Assembly (NCBI GenBank): GCA_965287045.1
Contig: OZ336873.1
Location: forward strand, 55,986,001-56,050,000
Direction of reading: 5' to 3'
Length of the DNA stretch: 64,000 nucleotides
DNA from: Carcharhinus amblyrhynchos
Lineage: Eukaryota
Shown here in pieces: positions 37,936 to 49,910 of this stretch; position 1 is the stretch's first letter, and each line of letters opens with the position of its first letter. The notes beneath the pieces were generated by a model, which saw nothing but the letters and a program-made list of their open reading frames with translations, was not told the origin of the DNA and ran no database searches. The position numbers were made by a program, and so were the translations under genes.

Positions 37936-38355
37936 CTAGAGGAGAAAGAAGACATGAGCAACTGAATCAGTGCATCAGCGAAACCAGTATCGTGCTTTTG
38001 ACGCTAAATAAATTGGTATGAATTAAGGAAACCTGAATGCTGAAGTTGTTGAGCAGTATCAACCGCAGTATACTGTGCATTACCTTCTCATTACCCGCAG
38101 TAACCCGCGGTACACAAGGTCTACTCAAGTCTTTGCACAATGGCGCGATAACACTTCGACAATTTCAAGTTTTCAAAATCCGCTTTACGTTGCCATTCTC
38201 AAGTCTCAATCACATAACACTCGTGTGATATCACCTTAATTCTTTAACGATTTTGCAAATTGGTCTTTATTCCTCTATAATGAATCTATGTGTTTTAACA
38301 GCATAACCGCGCATGAGAAAATAAAAATATGCAGTGAAATGTTAAAGGTACTTAC

Positions 38356-38460
38356 CAGCTGATGGCTTTAATTTGAGTCTCCTCAAAATAATTATCAACA
38401 GTAAAATAGCTAATGCGCCGCCTGCACATCCGAAAATGAGCGGAAGTTTGCGACCATCAT
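38356..38460 (-). CDS. Gene B exon 4: transmembrane segment
   Basis: Acceptor tttgttcctgtAG|AT, donor CTG|GTAAGT; DDGRKLPLIFGCAGGALAILLLIIILRRLKLKPSA, an uncharged TM followed by basic stop-transfer residues. Confidence 0.92.
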
Positions 38461-39599
38461 CTACAGGAACAAATGATTGAAATGAGAAACTGCGCAACTC
38501 ATACACACGGGCAAATGTGTCACTGAGAATAATCGCTCCTACTGTCAATGGATCTCAACCGCTTTCACTTGTGTGTTGTAGCTGAACAAGGATCACAACA
38601 TTTATCAAATCACGTAAACTGCACATTAGTAATGCAATTTATGGAGGAAACTCGTTTCATTCCATAACAGCGCAGTAAGCTTCTCATTGGTAAGAGTGGG
38701 GGAATGTACATTTCTTTCACCTTGACGCGCTACACCAGACTGCTGCGAATTGTCACAACAAGTGGCAAAGGCTTTCATTCTTCAAGCAACCATCCCCAGC
38801 CTTACCAGAGCACGTTGTTTTTGGGAGATAACAAAAGCAACTTCCATACAAATCAGGAGCCGGAGGAGGCCATCCTGCCCTGCGACCCAGCTCCTCTATT
38901 TGGCTGATCCGATTGTGGCCTCAACTCTAATTTCCTCTTTATCTCCTATAACTTTTAACTCCCTTGTCAATCAAAAATCTATCTAACTCAAACTTAAAAA
39001 ATATTCAATGACCTCGCAACACAACTTTCTGGGGAAGAGAATGCCATAGACTGACCACGTCTTGAGAGAGAGAAAAAAAAAACTCCCCGTTTTAAATGGG
39101 AGGTCTCTTAATGTTAAAGATTTTCCCCTAACATTAGCTCTTACAAGAAGAACCATTTTCTCAGCAACCATCCTGTCAGGTTTCCTCAGGATCTATGTTC
39201 TGGTTAGATCACCCCCATTCTTCTAAACTCCACGGATATATGCCCAACTTCCCCCATCTTCCCTCATAAGATAACATGTTTGTTCCAGGAATCAGTGCAA
39301 TGAAATTGCTTCTGAAGAAATTGCATCCTTTCTTAAGTAAGAAGACAAAACTCCAGATGTGTACTCCAGATGAAATTTGCATTTATACAGAGTCTTCAAC
39401 GAAGTAAAACCTCGAAAGACATCTCACGGAACATTATCAAACAGACCTAAATACCGACTCACATCAAGTGAGAGCAGGAGAGGTGGCGATGGGGTTCAAG
39501 AACAGTCTTAAAGGAGCCAGAGCTGGAGAGGAGGGAGGTCTCCGAGTGCAGGATGTAGACTGCTGAGAACAAATTATTTTATTTTGTATTTTAAATCCC

Positions 39600-39890
39600 A
39601 AGCAGAAGGACGCCATTTGGCTCATCGTGTTTGCACCGACAACAATGCCATCCAGGCCCTATCCCCGCAGTCACACATATTTACCCTGCTAATCCACTTG
39701 ACACTAAGGATCAATTTAACTTGGCCAATCAACCTAACCCGCACATCTTTTTGGGAGGAAACCGGAGCACCCGGAGGAAACCAAAGCAGACACTGGGAGG
39801 CTGTTCAAACTCCACACAGTCACCAAAGGCTGGAATTGAACATGGGTTCTGGCGCTTTAAGGCAGCAGTGCTAACCATTGTGTCACCGTG
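39600..39890 (-). mobile_element. V-SINE (HE1-like)
   Basis: Reverse complement of cacggtgacacaatggttagcactgctgcc head; ggaggaaaccggagcacccggaggaaacc core. Confidence 0.85.
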
Positions 39891-40261
39891 ATAATAACAA
39901 TAACAATCCCATATATTGAATTGAAATGCTACAGTTGCATGATATAAAATTTAACCTTTAAGAACCGATCTATTTATCTATGTCATTTGGCAAGAATTTG
40001 GCGCGGAATGAACTTTCAGTCTTAAACAGTTTTCACATCAACCTGCCGACCCAGATCTTTTCAAGCAAATATTCTCCCTCCTCTGGTTCCAAACCACCTT
40101 GATTATTTAAATACATTCCCGTTGAAGTGGCATTGAGATTGAATAAGGTCCACATTCACCCTATAATTTTAAGTTTGAACAGCTACCCAGCTACATGTCC
40201 AATAAATAACTACAGGTTGGAGCATTTCCCCGTTCACTGCTGTAAATGTTTTAAATCTTAC

Positions 40262-40558
40262 CTTGAATGGCGATATAGCTGACACTGGCGGGCACCTTCA
40301 GGGAAATATGAGATGCCAGACATGTATAAACTATTCGGCTCGGGACAGGCTGTTCCTCTTCCAAAGAACTGGTGACCTCAAAAAGACCATCCACTGTCTT
40401 GTTTCTCACAGTTTCTATTCCGGCCAGAGTTTCCACACCATCTCTTAGCCAGGAGATTTTTAAATCCTCCGGGTAAAAGGCAGCCGTTTTACACTCCAAT
40501 CTCAGAGAAGTCGCGGAAATCCCTTCGACCTGAATGAGTTTCAGGGGGGTTGGGGGAA
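40262..40558 (-). CDS. Gene B exon 3: Ig C1-set domain
   Basis: Acceptor ttctctattaaAG|TT, donor CAAG|GTAAG; 297 nt, phase 1-1; LRLECKTAAFYPEDLKISWLRDG..NKTVDGLFEVTSSL..VYTCLASHISL shows the C1 signatures CxxxxFYP, W and YxCxxxH. Confidence 0.95.
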
Positions 40559-43100
40559 CTTTAATAGAGAAATATAAGGACAATTAATTGAGCACATTCT
40601 AATTCATCGACCTCCATTATGTTGTTATATTCCTAACGTGAGAATAATTGTCCGTGGTATCGTTTTTCTTAAACATGAACTCCGGTCTGCATTAATTTTA
40701 AATTTTTTTTCGCCGCACTCAGCAAATTGTTCGGATGTATTGCAAACTGTGAGGATGAATCGCCCAGACTTGGCGACAATTGATAAAGCACCTGTCACTG
40801 TTCTGAATGGAAACACAGCTCCTGGGATGAGACTAGTTTTTGCAGCAGAGACCCTGAATGAGATTCCTTGTTCGAATCTATGGTAAACCAGGCACGATCC
40901 ACGGAATTCTCTCACATTTTTCTGCAAGAGTCGTGGTCGTAATAAACATTCTTATTAAAAATCAATTGTCCGAATATTTCATGTATTGTGAAACATATTT
41001 CGTTTTAACAATCGATATTGAGAACATATGCGTAACTGAAATGTACAAGATGCACTGCAGGAACTCAAGGTTCCTTAGGCAGCACCTTCCAAGCCATAAC
41101 GACCACCATATAGGAGGACAAGAGCCAAGGAGGTTCCCCTCCAAGTCACTCACCATCCTGACTTGGAAATATATTTACACCAGGGATTGCACCGGTTCAA
41201 AAAGGCAGCTCACCGCCGCCTTCTTAAGGGCAACTAAGGATGGGCAATAAATGCTGGTCCAGTCAATTTTCCGTAAATTAATTCTGAAAAAGTATGCCCA
41301 ATATCTGTAAAGGTCCCAGACAACATATTACTTTATTTATATATAAAAATACATGCTTTTATTAAACAACATTGCTATGGAAGGTGTTTCCGATCGTGTA
41401 GCATCCACAAAAGGAACTGTTCCCAGAGGGGCGTCCGAGGGCGAAAGCAAATTTTTAATCAGGAAAGGGCTTTATTGTTAATTCTTCATGGGTGTGTAGA
41501 TCACAACATCCATGCAGAGTGAAGACAAAGAAAAAAATCTTTACTCAGAATGCATGTGTTATATAATTCCATGGGTTTTGCCCTTCTATAATTTCATTTG
41601 GTCTATTGAACACGCTTTGCCTAGAGAATTTCCTCTCATTTCAATCCTACATTTAAAATTTACTGCTGTGACATTGTGTCCGCTCGTTCTATAATCACTC
41701 TTTAACTGGAAGTAAATTCCCTCATTAGGTTTACATACATTTGCATATTATAATCAAGCTCCTTAATATATTTTATTTAGAATTCTACTTTGCCGACATT
41801 GCAGTAACAGCAATTCGTAATTCACACGCATTATTAATTTTTAGAATTATGCCAGTGTTTATTCCCAACAAAGCCTGAGAATTCCTCCATTATTTTCCCA
41901 AGGAACTGTTTTAGATACATACGAGACAGAATTCCCTCTGGCCAGAAATAAGTCAGTGTTCTCTCGGTCTTCTGCCTCAACTTCCTTCTGCACATGTCGA
42001 GTGTGCATGGAAATTACAAATACGGGACCTCAGACGTTCATAGAAATGTTCGATGATATCCACTTTACCGGTAGTGAGTGACTCAGAGAAAGTCTTTTTG
42101 GTGTACCCCAGAGGTACAAACAAGGGCCTTGGGCACCTTAACTGTCCTGCAAGGTCTAGGGCGGAATCCAGCATTGAGGACAAGATCAACATATCCCCTC
42201 TCACTAGTTTGTAGAATCTCGTTGTGGAAAGAGTTCAGAATTTCAACCAAATTATTAACGGACAGAATTGCAAAATACAAACTGCGGATATAGAAACAGG
42301 GGCCCATTCGGCCCCACTAGCTTACTCTGCCATTCCTTTAAATCATGTCTGGTCCATTTGTCCGACTTAGTTCGATTCTCTTGAAACCCACGATTTATTT
42401 CCCTTGATATGCATTGCAAATTTAGTACAACTCGATTATTCGATTGCAATTTTGAACAGGGGCTGACAAGTTACTTTGTGCATGGAATACTCATGACTGT
42501 AAGTAGGCAAGTTTTCGCCTCAATGGATACAAGAGGCACCTTATTGGGACGAATAAAATGGTCATTAATGTTGCAGAAATTAGTTAATTTAGGCGGTGTT
42601 AAAATTATTTCAATCAAAGGTCGTAGATCTGAAACCTTGACTCTGTCCACAGATGTTCAATGACTTGTTTTATGTTTTTATTTCAGGTTCCAAGCATATG
42701 AAACATTTTACTTTTGTACGAAAATTGTCCCCAGTGTCGAACTTTGGCGCCGTTATTTTGGTGAGATGGAATCTGACCACCTCATCCCATCGACTAATCG
42801 CAAACTGAGATTGCAACAGTAATCCCGCTTCATTGTTTTGGCGCAATAATAATTGCAACTTCACACATAGCACACATTGGGTGAAATGTTACGAGGACGA
42901 GAGTGGGTGAAATTGATCTTGAACAGTGGCACAAAGCGGGCGAGAGGGAATCGAGGGAGGGTCGTTCTATAACAAGGTCAAGGGAAAAGAAGTTGTAAGA
43001 TGAATCCATCATTATCAGGTTTTCATCTAGTGATAGAAGTTCAAATTACATAAATCACATATAGCTAAAAATACCCTTTCCCCGGTAGTTTGACACTTAC

Positions 43101-43406
43101 CGCACACAGTGAGCTGGGAACCACTTCCATCCCCAATCTTGTTATGTTGATGTTTTACTGAACAGTGATACATTCCGGAGTCTGCAACACTCGCATTCAG
43201 AACTTCAAATGAACTACTGCCCTTCTTTAGATAAATTTTCTTTCTGTTGTCTGGTTCCAGAACAGATTCCTCACCCCGTTTCCACCAAGAAACTTCAGGA
43301 TCGCTTTCAAGCATGGGAAATGTGCAGAACATGGAAACATTGTCACCCCTGGCAACCGTCAAGTGTTTAGGGAACTGATCCACTTTGCTCCAAGTTACTT
43401 TAGCGG
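43101..43406 (-). CDS. Gene B exon 2: Ig V-set domain with J-like G strand
   Basis: Acceptor tttgtattatAG|CC, donor TGCG|GTAAG; 306 nt; AAKVTWSKVDQFPKHLTVARGDNVSMFCTFP..VSWW..DSGMYHC..IGDGSGSQLTVC. Confidence 0.95.
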
Positions 43407-43596
43407 CTATAATACAAACAGTAAAGAACGGTGATAACTAGACAGAAAAATAACTTAACAGAGGAAAATAATAAAAAAAAGAGACATCAGCAGTCACATT
43501 GGAGAAGGACAGCATCTATTTTTACAATGCATACAGTTGTAGACGTAAAATACAATTTAAGCTCTTCTAAAACGGCGAAGTAAGAACTCAGGTTAC

Positions 43597-43651
43597 CTAG
43601 CCAAACCAGGCTCAGAAAAGCTATGTACTGAAATGTAACTCTCATCGACAT
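43597..43651 (-). CDS. Gene B exon 1: signal peptide
   Basis: ATG at 43651, MSMRVTFQYIAFLSLVWL plus 1 nt, donor TAG|GTAACC; phase 1. Confidence 0.87.
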
Positions 43652-46600
43652 GTTGACAAGTGAACAAAAAATGATATGGCTAATTTCTGTTCAGGAGGAG
43701 ATATCCTGAATGGTTTGGGCAGGAAATTGATTTCTTAGATAAATATATGAAACGGAGAAACCATTACATAGGATATCACATGACCGAATCGGCGCATTGG
43801 TCCCCGTTGTAATTGTGTATGAGAATCTGGAAAGTAGGAGGTCCCTTTCTAACTGCCGGCGAAAGATTTCCATCCGGAGAGCAATGCTGTTTCTGCAACT
43901 CTGAGGCGCGGGCTGTCCTCCAACAACTCATCTGAGGATTAGCTGACGCTTCTCAGTCCTTATATCATTCTAGTAAATCTGTGCTGTATCTATTGAAGTC
44001 CTTTACAACCTTCAGATTTGAACGGAACACTGAGGTTGAGCTCGCGATTTTCTAAAGGTTTAATACAACTTGCTTGCTGTATGCTACATGCCTTGTTTAT
44101 CCTATCACTTTCAAAATATTGTCCATGCGCCCCAGCCCACTACTTTCACTGACATCTCCATCAACTTGGAGATCAATAAAATGTGAGTTATTCTCTCCCT
44201 TTCGTCTTCTCATGGGTTGTGAGGATCGCTTGCAAGGCCAAGAGTGTTGCCCATTCTTAATTGTCCTCTTCAGAAGATTATGGCAAGCCTCAGAGTTCCA
44301 TCTTTCGCTCGGTTAGGAAAAGTGGCACATATTGGTCGTGGGCATAAAAGTGATCTAACACAAGAACTAATTAGGGATACAGTGGTGACAATTATACCAC
44401 TAAAATGTCCTCACAATATTATGGTGACATTGATTGATGAAGAGTAATGCCCATCTGAACTGTCCTCTCTTATTGACTCCTAGTAATTGACCAACTCTTT
44501 ATCACTAAGTGCGGAAGTCCTATTTACACAGCGACTTACAATGAATAACTTCTGAAGGAGCATGGGCCAAACTCTTCTCACAGGCGCAAATGAACGTCGC
44601 AACTATTTGTGATGTTTCCCGCCACTGTTACTGAAATTCTTCGGGGGAAGAACAAAGCTGCATAACAATTTCGATTAGGTTCGGCAGCAGTAGAAGGGAT
44701 AATAATAGACTACAGTTCAATGATTTCCCATGCAACAGTACTTTGGGACTGATGAGATTAAAATACTAAATGTTGGAAACATCAAATTAAATATAAAATA
44801 TTGACCTTAAAATGTGCGTAGAAAAATGAATCACATTACAGTTGGCAGGTCTATTTTGGTGGGTTCATGCTGACTTGATCTTGCGACGTCGCTCCTGTGA
44901 TGCTTAATAACATCAGAACAAATTCGGCCATTTAGCTTTTTCAGCATGTTCTACCATCAGTGAGACAATAGCTGGTCCGAAACCTAACACCTCATACCTG
45001 ACATCCCGTCATGTGACATTTGCCGACTGCTCGCAAATGTTACAAGAGCAAAACATGCGGGTGCTGACAATCTGAAATAAAGACAGGAAAGGCTGGAAAT
45101 GCTCTGCAGGTCAGGAAGCATCTCTGGAGAGAGAATCAGTAACGTTTCATGTGATCTTTGAACAGAACTAGGGAAACGGTTACAATGTAATATGTTTTGA
45201 GCAAAGGGAGAGTGGGGTGGATCGCAGGAGAGACTGACAGACGGGCGAGTTAATCGTGTAGTGCCATAGGGGACAAGAAAAATAAACAATAAGACGGAAG
45301 ATGTACCTGAAGGTGCTGTCCGAAAACAGGAAACTCCGAAATATGCAAAGAAAAGAAACAAAATGGGAGATCAATATTTGAAGTTGTTCAACTTAATGTT
45401 AAGCCCGGAAGTTCATAAAGTTCCTAATCTATAAATGAGATTCTGTTCCCGCAGCTTCCATTGAGTTTTCAATGGAACATGTGCAGCAGGTTGCTCACCT
45501 ACAGGTCAACTTGTGAGCAAGGTGGAGAATTAAAATGACTTCTATTAGTAGCTCGGGGGCATGTTTTCAAATATCATTGCATTTCCATGAGCTGTGCTTC
45601 TTTCAATCACCTAGCCAAGAATAAAATATTTGTTTTATAGTGAAGATGTCAATTAATTCAAAAGTGAATGTTGGATACCGTTTAAGTAAAAGCTGCTTTT
45701 GCTATGTTCATAGGGTATCTGGAGGAAAGTAGATTTCATTGCTAATATTTAAGCCCCATCCAACATCACTGAAATAAACCTGGCGAGTATCAGTATTTTG
45801 CGGGACTCTGCTGTGCACAAGCTGTGGATCATTTCCTACGACAGTATCTATACTTCAACAAGCACTTCACTGGCTGTGAAACGCTTTGTGAGGTCCCATG
45901 GTTAAGAAAGACGCTATATAAATGTTCTTTTCTTCATATCTTACATATGTAATGGGTATTTTTCAATAAATTTGATATGCAAATTTATTGAAACATCGCA
46001 CCATCCTCTCTGTAGCTTGAAACCTATCTACAAGAAGCACTGAATTGTTTATTGAAGACAGTATGTGACGGTAGCTATAACAGATGGAGATGTGTTTGAA
46101 TCCTTGGAATAAACTCAATGTTATTTTTCTTTCCGCTACATTGTTCTGTCCTTAAGTCTTCCACAGTGTGTTACTCGGCTCAGAAACAACTTGAGAGGCC
46201 AAGTTAATGTTAGGTATTTAAAATAGTAAAATGAAATGAAAATAGACCTCAATAATCGTCGATAAAGATTATTATATTTTATATTTCATTTTCATTTTAT
46301 ATTTCATAGAAAGTTTTATATTTCGTTTTCATTTAAGTGAATATTTTGATACTTTAGAGTTCATTTTGCAGCGTTCCTGTCACTTCTGGAAAGCTTTATT
46401 CCGCATGCATTGCTGCAGGTGTTCTTTTTACAAAGGCCCAACAAACCATGGATCTTTGCACCTCGTCAGATGGATTGCCATAGAGTTCTCTCGTTGTTCT
46501 GGCTAACATTATTCCCCCCAACCGGCATTACTAATTACTGATTATCACATTACTTTTCATGTGACCTTTCGTTCTGCTAATTATCTGTCATCTTTCTCTA

Positions 46601-47254
46601 GATTACAACAGCTGACAACTCTTCAAAAGTGTTTTATGGTTGTGAAGGCTCTGAGGAGTGGTTGTGTTGCTATACGAGTTGTTTCTTATTTTTCTAGTGC
46701 TATTAATGGGATTTTGCGATTAGAAATGTGTTTCCAGGTTTGTCTACTTCAAGGGCAATTAATGTGAAGCACATCGGGACATTTCAAAAGCGATATAGTG
46801 CTGTGTTTCATATGAATGCAGGTCGTTCTATCTTTCATCACGGAGGCATAGCTGAAAAAAAATGAAAAATTGACAAGAATTTGGAATTTTCAAGCATTCT
46901 TGGAAGTTAGTGAATCAAATGTTTGTAAAACACATTATGATGGTTCAGTCGAAGGTTCGTGGTTGATACCACAGCAGTCAGCAATAAGCTTTTCTCACTA
47001 TGAAAATAAAATTCCCACTTCTAATGAAAACCCAGAGCCCAGGCTCCACTGGATTCCAAAACAAGGATGGACGTTCTACTGCTGGGATTAGAGATTGTTT
47101 CCTCATTTGGGCGAGTACGGAGCTAGGGGGCACTGTTTTGAAATTCGGGGTCGCTCTTTCAGGGCAGTGATTAATTTTTTTCTTTCTCAGAGAGTTGTGC
47201 AACTTTGGAACTCCTTGCCTGAGAAGGAGGTGGTAGGGGGATCAAAAACAAAGA

Positions 47255-49910
47255 ACGAAGAAAATTACAGCACAGGAACAGGCCCTTTGGGCCTTCAAGC
47301 CAGCAAGGACCATGCTGCCCAACTGGAATAAAACCCTCTTTTATTCCGGGGATCATATCCCTCTATTCCTATCCTATTCTTGTATTTGTCAAAATCCCCT
47401 TAAAAGTCACTATCATATCTGCTTCCACTACTTCTATCCTGGGAGCGAGGTTCAAGCATCCACCACCCTCTGTGTAAAAAAACTTGCCTTGTTTAACCTC
47501 CTTTAAACTCTGCCCCATGCATCTTAAACCTATGCCCTCTACTAACTGACTCTTCCACCTGGGAAAAAGCTTCTGACTATCAACTCTGTCCACACTACTC
47601 ATAATCTTATAGACTTCTATCAGGTCGCCCCCTCAACCTCTGTCATTCCAGTGAGATCAGACCAAGTTTCTCCAACCTTACCTCATAATTAATGCCCTCC
47701 ATACCAGGCAACATTCTAGTAAATCTTTTCTGTACCCTTCCCAAAGCCTCCACATTCTTCTGGTAGTGTGGCGACCAGAAATGAACACTCTATTCCAAGT
47801 ACGGCCTAACCGAGGTTCTATGAAGCTGCAACATGATTTGCCAATTTTTAAACTTAATGCCCTGGCTGATGAAGCCAAGTTTGCCATTTGCCTTCTTGAC
47901 TACCTTATCCACCTGCAATGCCACTTTCAATGCCTATGTACCTGTATATCCAGATCCTCTGCCTATCAATACTCTTCAGGGTTCTGCCATTTATTGTGTA
48001 TTTCCCATTTGTATTAGACCTTCCAAAATGCATTACCTCACATTTGTCTGGATTGATCTCCATCTGCCATCTCACTGCCCATGTCTCCAACCCATCTATA
48101 TCCTGCTGTATCCTCTGATGGTCCTCACTGCTATCCACAATCCAACAACCTTTTGTGTCATCTGAAACTTACTAATCAAACCAGTTACATTTTCCTCCAA
48201 ATCATTTATATATATTACAAACACCAAAGGTCTCAGCACTGATCCCTGAGGGACGCCACTTGTCAGAGCCCTCCATTCAGAAACACCCTTCCACTGCTAC
48301 CCTCTGCCTTCTATGACCACGCCAGTTCTGCATCCGCCTTGCCAGCTCACCTCTGATCCCGTGCGACTTCACCTTCTGTACCAGTCTACCATGAGGGACC
48401 TTGTCAAAGGCCTTACTGAAGTCCACGTAGACAACACCCACTGCCCTATTCTCATCAACCACTTTCATCACTTCCTCGAAAAACTTGATCAAGTTAGTGA
48501 GAGACAACCTCCCCTTCACAAAACCATGTTGCCGCTTGCTAATACATCCACTTATATCCAGTGGGAGTAAATCCTGTCTCGAAGAATCCTCTCCAATAAT
48601 TTCCCTGCGACTGACGTAAGGCTTGCTGGCCTGTAATTACCTGTATTATCCTTGCTACCCTTCTTAAACAAAGGAAAAACATTGCTTATTCTGCAGTCCT
48701 CTGGGACTTTTCCACTACAGTAAGAAGTCACACAACACCAAGTTAAAGTCCAACAGTTTATTTGGTAGCACAAGCCACAAGCTTTAGGAGGACTGCCCCT
48801 TCATCAGGACTCACAAAACTCACCTGTTGAAGGGGCAGTGCCCCGAAAGCTTGTGGCTTGTGCTATCAAATACATTTGTTGGACTTTAACCTGGTGTTGT
48901 GAGACTTCTTAATGTGTTTACCCCAGTCCAATGCCAGCATCTCCACATCATGATCTCCCCTGCAGCCAGTGAGGATATAAAGATTTCTCTCAAGGCCCCA
49001 GCAATTTCCTCCCTTGCCTCTCTCAGTATTCTGTGATATATCCCTTCAGACCCTGGGGACTTGCCTACTCTAATGTTCCTGAAGAAACCCAATACCTCCC
49101 CCTTTTTAATCTCAACATGATCCAAAATATCCTTTTTTGGTTAATACTGATGCAAAGTACTAATTTATATCTCACCCATTTCCTCTGGCTCCACATGTAG
49201 ATTCCCTCCCCTGTCCTTGAATGGGCCAAACCTCTCCCTGGCTACCCTCTTGCTCTTTATATTTGTACAAAGAGCCTTGGGATTTTGCTTAACCCTGCTG
49301 GCAAATAACTTTTTGTGACCCCCTTTAACCCGCCTTACTCCTTGCTTAAGTTTCTTTCCACTTTCCTTGTATTCCCCATTTGCTTCATGTGTTCCCAACC
49401 TCCTAGCCTTGACAAATGCTTCCTTCTTCTCTTTGACTAGGCTCACAATACCTTTCGTTATCCAAGGTTCCCAAAACTTGCCAAACTTCTCCTTCATCCT
49501 TACAGGAATGTGCTGGCCCTGAATTCCTACCAACTTACACTTGAAAACCTGCCACATACCAGCTGTTGATTTGCCCTCAAACATCTGCCCCAATCTACAT
49601 TTTTCAGTTCCTGCCTAATATTGTTGTAATTAGCCTTCCCCCAATTTAGCTACTTCACTTGAAGACTGCATTTATCTTTATCCATCAGTACCTTAAAGCT
49701 TGCTGAATTGTGGGCACTTTTCCCGAATTTCTCACCTACCAAAACATCGACCATCTGGCCGAGCTCATTCCCCAATACTAGGTCTAGTATGGCCCCTTCC
49801 CTAGTTGGACAATCTACATACTGTTTCAAGAAGTCCTTCTGGATACTCCTTACAAACTTTGCCCCATGCTCGCTCCTAGCACAAAGTGAGTCCCAATCAA
49901 TAAAGTAGTA
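47255..49910 (-). mobile_element. CR1 LINE ORF2 (frameshifted), interrupted by a palindromic Penelope-like insert
   Basis: KSPGSEGIYHRILRE, GNYRPASLTSVAGKLLE, VYVDFSKAFDKVPHGRL, WQMEINPDKCEVMHFG. Confidence 0.92.
48718..48950. mobile_element. Palindromic Penelope-like terminal-repeat insert with two opposed hammerhead-like motifs
   Basis: ~48720-48808 is the reverse complement of ~48823-48911. Right arm cac-ctgttga-aggggcagtgcccc-gaaa-gctt-gtg; left arm on the minus strand ctgatga-aggggcagtcctcc-taaa-gctt-gtg. Confidence 0.8.

Larger units (their letters stand above)
32807..43651 (-). other. Gene B, whole coding span: 8 exons, 386 aa inhibitory-type IgSF receptor (L-V-C1-TM-cytoplasmic Tyr motifs; SIRP/SHPS1-like architecture)
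   Basis: Exons 55+306+297+105+44+111+105+138 = 1161 nt, all GT-AG, phases 1,1,1,1,0,0,0, and no internal stop when joined. Confidence 0.88.

Noticed and set aside
43105-43145. RSS heptamer CACAGTG at the end of the gene B V exon
   Set aside because: It is the reverse complement of Leu-Thr-Val codons; no ACAAAAACC-like nonamer at 12/23 bp, so no evidence of V(D)J rearrangement.
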